This document shows, in pieces, positions 22,301 through 32,700 of a stretch of DNA of 64,000 nt. The translations under genes and the position numbers were made by a program. Source of the DNA: Setoptus koraiensis (Eukaryota; Animalia; Arthropoda); the NCBI GenBank assembly GCA_048013815.1, contig CM106586.1, positions 17,980,001 to 18,044,000 on the forward strand, read 5' to 3'. Under the pieces are notes generated by a model that was not told the DNA's origin, did not search any database, and saw only the letters and a program-made list of their open reading frames with translations. Numbering within the stretch: the first letter of the stretch is position 1; each line of letters opens with the position of its first letter.

Positions 22301-24265
22301 ACTGTGCGTGTTAGCCTGGTTTCCAATGAAATTTTCGCTATTGTCGTTGCTATTGTCTGTCTCTTGGTTTCCGTTGTTTGAGCTGTCGTCTTCACCAGCC
22401 ACAAATTGTTGTTGATCGTCATTGACTTGCTGATCGTTGCTCCTTTCACTTGTGTCGTCCTCTTGATGCTGCTGATTGTCACCAGAGTCATTATTTTCGT
22501 TCTGCCGTTGGTCTATCTGATCTGATTGAATATTCACCGTTGTTTGCTGGTTGTCTCTGCTTGACAAACTGTCCTCTTGTTGCACAATTTGTTGAGAATT
22601 TTCTCCTAGTAACCGATGATCACTCTTGACCATCCTCGATATAGGCATGCTATATGCAACGGTCAAGTCTCCGTCACCGTCGATTAATTGTTGATAATCG
22701 TTGGCATGTTTGTTGTGGCCAACAATTGTTGTTTGTTGTTGTCGTTGTTTCAAAGAGTGCGATTGGTGAACATTTGCACCACCAGTTGCCTCTTCCATTC
22801 TCCTGCCGTGGTTGGCCACTGAAGATATTGTAGAGTTGCCAATATTCTTGCCAATGTCATTCTTTTTCCTGGACAAACCCTTGCCCTTGCGGCTAGAGGA
22901 TTTACTTGATTTATTGCGAGTTTGCGAATTTGTTTTGCTCCTCGGCTTGTGTGTCGCGAGTGCAAATTCATCACTTTGTTTGTTGACTTGTTGAGTTCCA
23001 CCATTAGTATTACTATTACTATTATAATTATTATTATTATTATTATTATTGGTTCTCTTTCTCTTGTTCTTGCTGAGATTTGATCTGTTTTTAGCCGACG
23101 AATTCTTTCTGCTGCCATTAGCCCTCTTGCTGCTGTTATTCACGGCAGACCTTTTCGGTTGTCGCAAAGAAGACTCTGGCGAAGCGGAAATGGATTTCGT
23201 CGTTGGCTTCGGACTAGTGCTCTCGAGCAAGACATCAACTGAACTTTGCTCATCCGAACAATCTGCCTCCCCTGCTGATGCCGTTTCTTTGCCGACGTAA
23301 GCACCATCAGCCGCACTGGTCTGTCTGCCAGCTAACGATGAACCGGAATCGGAAGCAATTGTGGGGCTCATTGGCGGACTGTAGTTGAGCACTATGGCCG
23401 GCGGAATACCGTACGAACTGGCCGACTGATGCAACTGGGCCGTGGTTACTTTACCTGTTATTATTTGGTGCGCATCATTGTTTCCGCTGCTTTGTTGCGT
23501 GTTGCTGCCATCAATAACTCCGGTTAAACTAGACGGGAAGCGATTACCCTCAAAAGCCGACGTGGAACGGCCATTGTTCGCGGGGCCCATGCCTTCGGGC
23601 CCACGAGATGGCCCATTGACCGGTCTTGGCGCGTCAGTGTTCGAATGTCGATGATGCAACATGTTTCGCTGGCCATTGTTGCCATTGTTGCCATTGTGAT
23701 TATTGTTGTTGTTGTTGTTGTTTTGCGGCTCTGGCAAACCACTGAAGCCTCTTGCCATATTGTTGTCATGCTGACGTTCGAAGAGGCTCTGCATGGCAGC
23801 GCCCGAATCAACAGGTGAGCCGAATTGTTGCTGCTTGTTTGTGGCGAGTTGTTGTTGTTGTTGAGCTGTGGTTACTTTTGGAACGATGGGCTCCACAAAA
23901 TAGTCTTGTATAATGTCTGTTGCGAACAATAGTGGCGCTGTTGCGTATATAGACTCTGGCAATGGGGCCGAATCTTGCCTGGCCTCCAATTTGGCCGGCT
24001 TAATTTTGGAATTTGGTTCTTTGGTGTTCGGTTTGTTTGAATGAGGCTCTGGTGCTGCCAATGCGGCTGAAAACAAATTTGGAATCGTCATGATAAACAG
24101 GACAGATAATAAAATGCAATAGAGAGATATGTTGCTGATGATTTGGTTTTTGTGGCCACGTCGCCCAACTCTAATTTGGGTCGATTTTGGTTGACGCTGG
24201 TGGCCATGTTGAAGCATCGTCATCATTGAGCACTGGTGAAAATTAATTTGAATAATTGAATTCAA
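19313..24265 (-). CDS. Uncharacterised intronless 1650-aa Q/N/S/T-rich protein with an N-terminal hydrophobic (signal-like) segment
   Basis: A 4.95-kb stop-free frame in AT-rich DNA is far too long for chance. It has a hydrophobic ISLYCILLSVLFIMTIPNLFSAALA followed by APEP, plus polyQ, polyN and polyT tracts. No domain was recognised, and the true start Met is uncertain. Confidence 0.85.
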   Translation of the reverse strand: MNSIIQINFHQCSMMTMLQHGHQRQPKSTQIRVGRRGHKNQIISNISLYCILLSVLFIMTIPNLFSAALAAPEPHSNKPNTKEPNSKIKPAKLEARQDSAPLPESIYATAPLLFATDIIQDYFVEPIVPKVTTAQQQQQLATNKQQQFGSPVDSGAAMQSLFERQHDNNMARGFSGLPEPQNNNNNNNNHNGNNGNNGQRNMLHHRHSNTDAPRPVNGPSRGPEGMGPANNGRSTSAFEGNRFPSSLTGVIDGSNTQQSSGNNDAHQIITGKVTTAQLHQSASSYGIPPAIVLNYSPPMSPTIASDSGSSLAGRQTSAADGAYVGKETASAGEADCSDEQSSVDVLLESTSPKPTTKSISASPESSLRQPKRSAVNNSSKRANGSRKNSSAKNRSNLSKNKRKRTNNNNNNNNYNSNSNTNGGTQQVNKQSDEFALATHKPRSKTNSQTRNKSSKSSSRKGKGLSRKKNDIGKNIGNSTISSVANHGRRMEEATGGANVHQSHSLKQRQQQTTIVGHNKHANDYQQLIDGDGDLTVAYSMPISRMVKSDHRLLGENSQQIVQQEDSLSSRDNQQTTVNIQSDQIDQRQNENNDSGDNQQHQEDDTSERSNDQQVNDDQQQFVAGEDDSSNNGNQETDNSNDNSENFIGNQANTHSQQASLNVNDQMEALVSFIRQQQQSNQQQQSNQQQQSNQQQQSSQQQQSNQQQVVQGVKGLQQLQPQSFTGNIQQQSDLVKTFEGLTVTHGTQAATSGPELAPATARPVVINQTNEADQSMFSKLAMILSPQQQHTFLSPDQLSKMQLFFANQSSHQATTNKHQGSSTTSSITKHTQTTNPTINNFSLPILPMMPVETGTMQVGVNQFNLITSTNNITTGHGDINTKIINDALHQQMFVPTNSLGSILGQDDSQSTNQNNKMMRIYVIDVNQKMIMSGQGSNNGTFINDLSTLLADSKSKTTSLNNNTSGTSSIASLAAAKQVSDVAASYDLPITTTTTTSAPTLTTPGPTSTTAPYIPATTTTTTTTTTTTSSPAKQYDSISSEYPVIPGGVRTTATTAKPKYLTTASHLEPTLVYAEEEPKVTQEYQVDYVPAKHARPESTTMQPMSYHEKLGAKILMQQNKNQQQQYKVEPSIYVPHNREVTKSAHSPTAWRPVSNLEYYPKIPIGKEATKVNSMMSYRQRTATKASSVKIPTNSYGYHEIPYHTESDEPASNSTGHSYPMMYEHTIQEDSPDQQVEQEKQSVSMGQYYNNHHRQPSEMTPIYNMKNNGPIPGQYSSSMLSSDKMQPQSSQWKLMNIMTPLQTKLQPAMMMPSHQASDSGKKAINDGMWAAAMLMDTRPISSLEESDSEGPQGVNNQMDGDSNRQVAWDFKAAASTNDQSKSELYGELPSIPTTSSVLNISPKLRPPQPLSLIDEDYLASMSPSILNIGESPKSKRVRNQQTSVRPSLPSSSSSKQLRRPASKNRKKKQAKLAATPTSAPTTTKNSNGQVKQGKTVEQATTDQHQTNSDSDNTSDTDNSEADSSKSEDSSSADTTSHTKTAQSGKTSSSSSKNSNKNVNQAATGKSKTFKLPVPLKAPNTYSILNGQFKITPHSHMLSALLEPPKVLFKHYIGQILNPQPQPQPHPYPPHLLPPPPHPMMPFFPLDRHRALHG
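22146..22248 (-). repeat. Coding 18-nt tandem repeat, (SNQQQQ)x5, in the 1650-aa ORF
   Basis: Repeated GATTGTTGCTGTTGG(T/C)T(A/C) unit on the plus strand. Confidence 0.9.
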
Positions 24266-26606
24266 TGCCTACTTTCTCATGCCTAGTTACTCTATATTGA
24301 TCGATTGGCAAGATGAACCTAAATTTTGAGTGACTGAACCCAATCAGCTAGTTGAAAATTTCACTGGCAATAGATTTGTTTTTGGTGCAGCTTTGGATCT
24401 AAGCGGACAAGAGATTAAAATGCAACTGCAAAATTGTTTGACCATCTCGGCGACAATTCGTGCTCGTCGTCGTGGGTATGTGCGGCGTCTTGATGGGCGC
24501 CTCCCGTTGTAACACCATCAGCACCGCTACTTGTGACAATTATATAAATTGAGCTTGACACCCAACAATGTCCGTTTCCTCTCTCGTGAGAGGCATGCCT
24601 TAGATCAGTGACGGTGGCTTAGATGGGCAATAAGTCACACCATTGGACAGTTATATCATGATTAAGTGTTTGCTTTGTTTCCTGTTCTCGATGAAGTTGT
24701 CATGAGAGGCAGTGGCGATCGCATCACCTAAAGAAAAATTAATAGTTGCCACAGTCAATTGGGCAACTAGAGTGTCTATAGAAATTGGGCACCACAATAT
24801 GAGTCGCATAGTTCCTTTATTGCGTCATTCATTCAAGAAATTCTGGCATTTAGGTGCGTTTATGTTCGCCAACATGACAGAGCAGTGATGTCATACAGGG
24901 AAACTTTGTAACTGAGGCCATCAAAACAAACTCTCCCGCATGCCAGCGCTGTGAGCCTTATTATTATTATCATCATTATTTCATCACTCTGTTATCTTCT
25001 TCCCTATTGCAGCTACTAGCCGACTGCTCACTGTGTGTATATCACTTTTCATGCGCCATAATTTTGATCACATGCTAGTTATATAATCGTCAGTTTTGTG
25101 TAAACTGTGTGACTGAATTTTAATTAATTAGCTGCGAGTGTCAAGGAAGAGACGGTTGTATTGTTGTTACGCAAGGTCCTCGAGCTAATTATATCGCTCA
25201 AAAGGGAGACTGTTGTTGAGAGGCAGGCGAATAAACGAACCAGGCAAACATATACAAACTTTTCTCCAGTTGTTGTAGTGTTTTCAATGGACTGACAGAC
25301 AAACAAACAGTAAACTCTTTTTTGCAACAACAAGAGCATACACATGAAAAATAAGACCGCCAAGAAGAAGGCCACCATCGTCATCATTGACGCCATGCAG
25401 TTTCACTCTAATGACAAACTTCGCCCAAGAGACAAAAATCAACAAAACTAGATCTTCTCTACTAATTAGCTGAAGAACGAGAGAGAAATTGCAACTACAT
25501 TTTCGCTAGATTCATCGCTCGCTCGCTAGCTTCTTTTGCAAGCCTAGCTTTTGCATGCACTTTTGCATCCACAGTGGTTCGCCATCAACCACCAATCTAT
25601 CTGTATCTAGCCCAACAGACACATACACCAGAAACCAGGTATATGTTGCGATAGTGCTGATGGTTGAATTAAAACTAACTATTATAACGATAATTATAAT
25701 GAGAAATTAAACTATTTCTGTCTATGTGTCTATGCGGTTGACGGCAGACGGCAGACACACACACTCACGGCAAATATACGGCAATATGGGGGCAAAACCG
25801 AATTTGAGAAAAGTGAGACGGAGACTCATCTTGCTCAACTGCACTATCTGGATTACCTAGCTGTTGTTGTTACTCAACTAATCAAGATCATCAACCACCA
25901 CAACAACGCAATGACAGCAAACCAAATAAATGGTGGCCAATTGATTATATTGATGGATAGATGTGTTTTCTATCCCAAGCCAAACGCACACACACCCCTT
26001 GCCTTTAAACGACTTCTTTTATATTTTGCTGCTGCTGGTGTCCCTTGCTAACTAGTTTTCGCTTATCAACAACAAGTGTGTTGGCATCAGTTTGTGTTTG
26101 TGTTGGAGCTTTTTAAATTTAGCTAATGAAAAGTCAGATAAAATAAATAAGTATAAATTCTTTCTCTCTCTCTCTCTCTCTCTCTGTCTTTATCGCAATC
26201 ATGTTGCACACAAATGAAAAACTGCAAGAAAAAGGAAAACTCTGCTAACTTGCCGTATGCTAATATCTAAATTAAATGATTTACGATTAATTGAATTCAA
26301 TCATGAGATGACACTACGTCATACACACAGGCCCTTAGATGTATGTATATGGGTATGGGTGATTAGCAGCATACGTTTGTTGTTTTTTGTCATCATATTT
26401 GTCATCGGGTTTCGTTCAAATTTCATTCCATCGAGACAGCTTATTGTACTGCGCTAGACGACAACACTTTGACGACGAGCCAGATAAACGAGACGCAAAA
26501 TTCGAGATTGTTTATAAGCGGCGCTACTACGTTAGCGCTGCTTAAAAAACTTTGACAACTCTCTAATGACAGGTGATATCAATCAACAAATATTAATTCG
26601 ACTTTT

Positions 26607-26638
<32 letters not shown>

Positions 26639-29414
26639 GCTCTGTCTCAACTCTGAAAATCAATGAAGACGGAAAGAGATGTGCTTTTACAGTAGTAAGG
26701 CGCTGGGTAAACTTGAGCTGAATTTATAGACCGACAACGACAACAACATTGTGAAATGCAATCATTAATTGGAATTAATTAAATATTTTTCCACTTTAGT
26801 GTCACTTGCCATCGCCAGGTGCAGCTAGTGTGCCCGCTGCGGCCATTGCTATGGCAACAACTCTAGTTTCCGCTAATTCTCGAACGCCAGCAACAACAGA
26901 GGCAACTTGTTTGCCTCTGTTGTTGTTATTCAACTCATATTAATATCAGTATCAGTATCAGTATTAATATTATTATTAGTATTATGTTTCAATCCATTGT
27001 GATCCATGACGCAACGCTGGCTAATGAGAGTCACAAAGTTGCTTTATGTCGCTTTGTGTCGCCCTGAATGTATAAATATCAGCAATTGTTCGTGCTAGCC
27101 GGCAAGCCCAAAAACGTATCATGCCGCCTCTATTTGCGGTTACATCATTCACCTGATATCTTGCAATGTTAGCAGCAGCTCAGTGCTGTTGTGAGCCAGT
27201 TTAAATATAGTTCGTTAACCTTAATTTTGCACGGCCACTCCATAGTTATCACATAGTTAACATGGTTGCACCAACACGAATAGCAACAACAACAACAACA
27301 ACAGTTGATTGTGTTGTTGTTGTTGTTGGGTGATGCGACAACAATGGCACATCCACAATTGTTTGCGCAACCACATATAGGCTGCATCGTCCGACGGGAC
27401 AGGTGTCTATCAAAGAACGAACGGCCATAAGGCACCATAATAGAAAACATCAACAACAATGGCCACCGACAAAACGCCGGCAATGGCAACATAATGAAAC
27501 AGCCAACAACAGGTGAACAAAACTGGCCACTAGTGATCCCAAGTGATACAAGTGACAGAGGAACAACAACAAATAGGCTAACAGCAACAACTTTTGTAGA
27601 TTTGATCATTTAGATCGTTTATACGTATGTTTTTCTCTTTTTGTAGATGGTCTCATATATTTAGTATACATTCTTGTGTTCGTTTTTCTTTTCTGTGTGA
27701 TTTTTTTTCATTTCATTTCATATAGATCTCAATTTAAGTCATGGTTTCCATCATGGCCTTTGTAAGTATTTACATAGATAGATATATTTCTATTGTTGCT
27801 GTTCTCGTTTAGCCACACTGCATTACGGTATTATAATATAATACCTTGTGGCCTGTATAGTATGATGATAGAAATAATAATTAGCAGTTCGTCTAGGTGA
27901 TATTTTCTTCTTCTTCTATTTGTTTTCTTTTTTGTCATAGCTCATACTTATAATTTGATGCTGGTTTGTATGTTTGTTTGTTTGTCTGGTGGTGTTTGTG
28001 TGTCCTACTTATGATGATGACCATTGCGACTGCAGCGTGATGATGACGCCCGATGTGATATAACAATGACACAGCATCAGACAAGAACAAGATTTTTGCG
28101 CCAATTAACTCTTGTAATGATTATGACAATTTTTGTACAATTTGGCCAAACGGGCAAACTGTCATCACGCCGTATGCCGGTGAGTGCACTCTATTATATT
28201 TGTTTGTCTACTATATTGTCTCATATACATACTTGTGATGTATATGATAACATACGAGCAATTTGTTAATGTATGCTACTAATCCGTCCTATTTCATCAT
28301 GCCTCAACTACCACTACTAATAATAATTACAATAATAATCGCATGCCATAAGTGATGCTGTGTGTCGATTGAGGGCCAGAGCAGGTGGGGCAGGGCAGGG
28401 CTGTACAGATTAGAATACTCATTACTAGAATCCTGGTAGTATCATCCTGATGGGTTAAGTATCAAATATTATTATAATTAGTTGTATCAACTTGTTTGAA
28501 ATCAATTAAATTGTTTGTGTGTGTGTGTGTGTGTTGTGTTGTTATCGTTTAACCAATTATTGTATAAGTCAATCTAGCTTGTTAAATGTACATTTACATA
28601 TCTGTATATATGTGTCAGGTGTGTGTGTGTTTAAGTGCATTTGTTTGTGTTTGATGTTGTTGTGGGTTCTTAATTATTATTTACATTATTCAGCCTAAAA
28701 ATCCATCAATTTGTGTGTGAGTGTGTATGTGGTGGTGGTGGTGGTGGTGTGGTGACAATTATTTGTTGATTGTTATTACTATTCATGTTACATAACCAAA
28801 CAAGAGCTTGATTAGAGCCTCGATGATGGTGTCTGGCGGTGATTCACACTGTGTGTCGATGGGTGTTTAATCAAGTGGGCATCATCAATCAATGAATTTA
28901 CATTTGAATGGGACACAAACAAGGCAACAATTTCAGATATTCGTCTCACTATTATAGTGTGAGACGATGTGACTATGTGTGCAAATGTTGGATGTGTCCT
29001 AGATTCAATCAATTGATCCAGTGATTTTGGATGTGATGCAGACCCAGCAATAGTGATGTCATAATTGTTGTTGTTGTATTAGTTGTGATAGTGATAGCAT
29101 GATGATAATAATGATAATAGTAATGGTAATAATAATAAGTATCAATGGTTGTATATTTGGGTGTGTGTATGCTCCTGTATTATTGACCATGTCCCGTTGT
29201 CTTGTGTTTTTAGATGGTATTGTTGTTGTTTGTTTTGATTAATAATAACAATAATAGCATCAATAATTGTTGAGGCGCAATCATGACGTCGATGGCTCAA
29301 AATAATAATAATAATAATCTCATTGTCATCATGGTCACCACACACACACACACGCACACACGCACACGTACGCACATGTGAACAAAAGTTGACATCATAA
29401 TAATTAATAATAGT

Positions 29415-29447
<33 letters not shown>

Positions 29448-29471
29448 GTATCCAATTATATTAATAATATT

Positions 29472-29776
29472 CTAATAGTAGGGCTCTTGCGGAGGAGGTA
29501 GGGCAGGGTGTCCACCCATGGCATGGCTCATCATGCCCGGATGATGACCAGGTATCAGGCCCATAGCCTGTTGGGCCGAATGGACTGGACTACGGCCCAT
29601 CTGGCCTAATTGTTGTGAAGAATAGGCCGACATGGCACTAGACATGGCATGGGGCGATATGCCCATGCCAGAGCCGTCGACTACGCCTGGCGGGGGCCTG
29701 AATTGTTGGCTACCATCCATCATGTAGCCCATGGAGGCTTCGGGGCTGTAGGCTGGGCCGCCCGTTCCTATTGCAC
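29472..29776 (-). CDS. hth: hth terminal coding exon
   Basis: Acceptor ...CATAATAG (AG at 29778-29777), phase 1. Encodes [29 protein letters not shown]...QEPYY-stop. The upstream intron 30592-29777 is 816 nt. Confidence 0.85.
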
Positions 29777-32700
29777 CTATTATGATAATATGATTGTATG
29801 ATATTATGTCATGTGATAATATTAATATAAAAATAATAAAAATTTGGAAGATGAATTGCAAATGGTGCGTCACACATATCTGGCCCCTCATCACATGTTC
29901 TGGCTCGTATGTTCTGGCTCGTATGTGGCCATCGCAAGGCGCGTCGCAGCGCGCCTCAATATCGCGCAATGTCGCGCAATATCGCGCTCATAACAGCACA
30001 AAATCGCTCATAATGGCCCAATATGACTCGAGTAGAGCTCACGCTCATGACATATTCACAATATGCAGCAAATGACAGCCAGTCGTTGTCAAGACGCCGC
30101 CAGCAGCGACAAAAACAAAGCATCTGTTACGCAACCATCCAGTCGCGTAGTCGGTGTGTAATGGCTGGCGCGCTTATCAATAGGCGCGACTCAAAAGTCA
30201 GCTCAACTGTCACTTTGATGGCGACACTTTATCGGCGTTGATCTCTGATTGACACTTGCAAACACGTTGTCAGTTTATAGGTTTTTGCTGGCTGACGGGC
30301 TGGCTGATAGTGGCGCCCGTTTGCAATGTGTCACTGTTCAATCTATCATGCGGCATCGTGTGGCATCGTGCGATATCATAGGGCGCTGCGATGGTGTCAT
30401 TTGTGCGCGCCGGCATGTGTCATACGACGTCAACATAGTAGCATTATGAGGTGACACACATTTCATTTAAACGTCATCTTGGCATCATTTGCATGCATTT
30501 GATATTGCAAACGGCAAAAAGCTGACAGTGATACAGCTGACCATATAGAGTGTGTGCCATGATATAGGTTGGCTCCTTGGCGAGTCACTTACCTGCTCTA
30601 TTTGTTTGGTCAATCATTGGCTGCACAATTCTCCTTCTGGCATTGATAAACCTATCGATTGAAAGAGATATTGGGATAGACAGCAGTTCGAGGTTCGGTT
30701 AGTGTTATGGGCATTATGTTGGGCCAGTGTTATTGTTGTTGCATCTTGTGTTACGTAAGTGTCAGTTTAAATATCGCTACTAAGCGACCCATCGGCCGAG
30801 ATCGAGAGCATGTCGCAATGTTTGCGTCACAATGTTTGTGTCACAATGTTTGTGTCGCGACTTGGTGTCGCAATGTGTGGCCCAAACACTGTGACAGCTT
30901 ATTAGTCGGCTGTTAATCTCCGATCGTCAAATGGTGCGTTTAATCGTTGCGCAATTGTTGCTGTTTACAGCCGAGATTGCATTGGGATTGCGCCGAGATT
31001 GTGTCACGGCCAGCATTGTTGCTGCCTATTCGTCGGCGCGTTCGTCGGCGCATTCATTCGAACGATCCAACGGACACTGGTCAGCTCGGCGTGCCCGTCT
31101 CAAGCGGGCGCCGTTGGCCGTTGTTGCCCGTCACGTTGCGTGCGTCTCCAGTCATCGTGCTGGTCGTGTAGTGATGCGGATAAGTTGGCAAAAATGAATT
31201 TATTGAGTGCTGTTAAGTCAAGTGTGCCACTTGACCAGCCACCGCCGACACTGTCCAATGTCACTACGGACTGTCCAATGTCACTACGGACTGTCCAGTG
31301 TCACTGCAGACGATCTGCGCTGATGGTCCAATTGTGCAGCGAGATTTAATTGTCTTTGTTGTAACTGGCGTCTATGTCTTATCTGTCACGGCGTGTCCAT
31401 GTCGCATCTCACATGTAAGCGCGAGTGTGTGTACACAACAAATGCACGTTATGCTGGCTTGTCATTGTTGGCATCATGGCTTCATGACAAAAGTGACATA
31501 AATGCATGCGTTGCATAATGGCGCTGCCATGGCAACATTGTACGACAATGTGATCTGACAACTGATTCCACTGTCACTCAATCAGCGACTTGCTCATTGC
31601 TTGCCATTGGCGCCCATGCTGGCCAGTGGCCAATCATCACGCGACGCCTCGACGCAACTCTCCAGCCCGCAGTCTAGACTCTGCTGGCAAGACTCTGTTA
31701 CAGAGACTCTGTTACAGAGACTGTGCCGCCTTGCAAAGACGCCTTGATTGTTGCAAAGACACTGGCACAAACATACGGCTCGCGTTAGGCCAACAAGCGA
31801 GTGATTGCGATAATTAACAAGCATCGTCATTGGCTGTCACGTCGGTGTGTCGTCATAGTTGCGCAGTCGGTAGCTGCTAAAAAAGCGATTATGCAACATA
31901 CTTGCAATTGTGCAAAATTGTTGTTTGTCGGCCGGCGGCTCAGCGTGTGCCAGCGCTTGTTGCAACGACGCCAACCATGTCGGCAATAATAGTATTATAT
32001 GGCAATAGCATAGTTATAACATGCAATATGCAGTAACATAATGATAAAGAAATTAAATCATTTTTCTCTGTCTCTCGCACAGCTTGCACAGCTTGCCGAG
32101 CCAATGCCGAGCCAATGCCGAGCCAATGCCGAGACGACCTGTTAAGATTAATAATTTTCAATGATACACACACCACACAACTACCGCATTATCGCTCTTC
32201 GCTCACGCCGACCAGATTGTTGCAATGCACAAACTTGATTGATAATACCCTACTTCTTATCGTTATCTGGCTGCGAATCGTCGCTGGCTGCGAATCGTCG
32301 CTGGCTGCGTATCGTTCGCCGGCTTCGAATGGTCGCCCGTTCGCTGCGCTCGCCCGTTCGGCGCGGCTCGAGCTTCGTTTCGTCGGCTCGAGCCGGCGAC
32401 TGAGCGAGCCAACCGAAACAAGCATACGATCGCAAACGCAATATCGTTACCGTGGAGCTGGCGAGCGTCGCTTTTTATTATTCATGCCCTCTAATGAACG
32501 ATCGGATCGAGCCAACGCGCAGCCAGATTGCGTTTAACGGGCATGCATGAATAAGATTACGGCAATGCGTAATAGTTGATTAGTTTTAGCGCCGCTGCCG
32601 CAGCCGCAAAAGTTAAGCCATATCCTATAAATATCAAAAATGTTTGTTTGTTTGTGTGTGTGTTTGTGTGTCTCAATGAACATCTAGGCCAGCCCGATAT

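Noticed and set aside
172-23811. Antisense or alternative-frame ORFs inside real genes (for example 172-486, 2259-2675, 2289-2663, 11562-11861, 19549-19992, 22750-23118)
   Set aside because: These are shadows of low-complexity coding sequence (CAA/CAG/ACA repeats) in the annotated genes.
25124-25396. 90-aa hydrophobic ORF upstream of the 1650-aa gene
   Set aside because: The hydrophobicity is explained by T-rich sequence, and there is no convincing donor linking it to the large ORF.
27622-27628. miR-iab-8-5p seed match (ATACGTA on the minus strand) about 1.85 kb past the hth stop
   Set aside because: A single 7-mer in a few kb is not unexpected by chance, and the extent of the 3' UTR is unknown.
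28400-28421. Minus-strand TGAGTATT resembling the 5' end of miR-12
   Set aside because: There is no match beyond the seed and no precursor hairpin.
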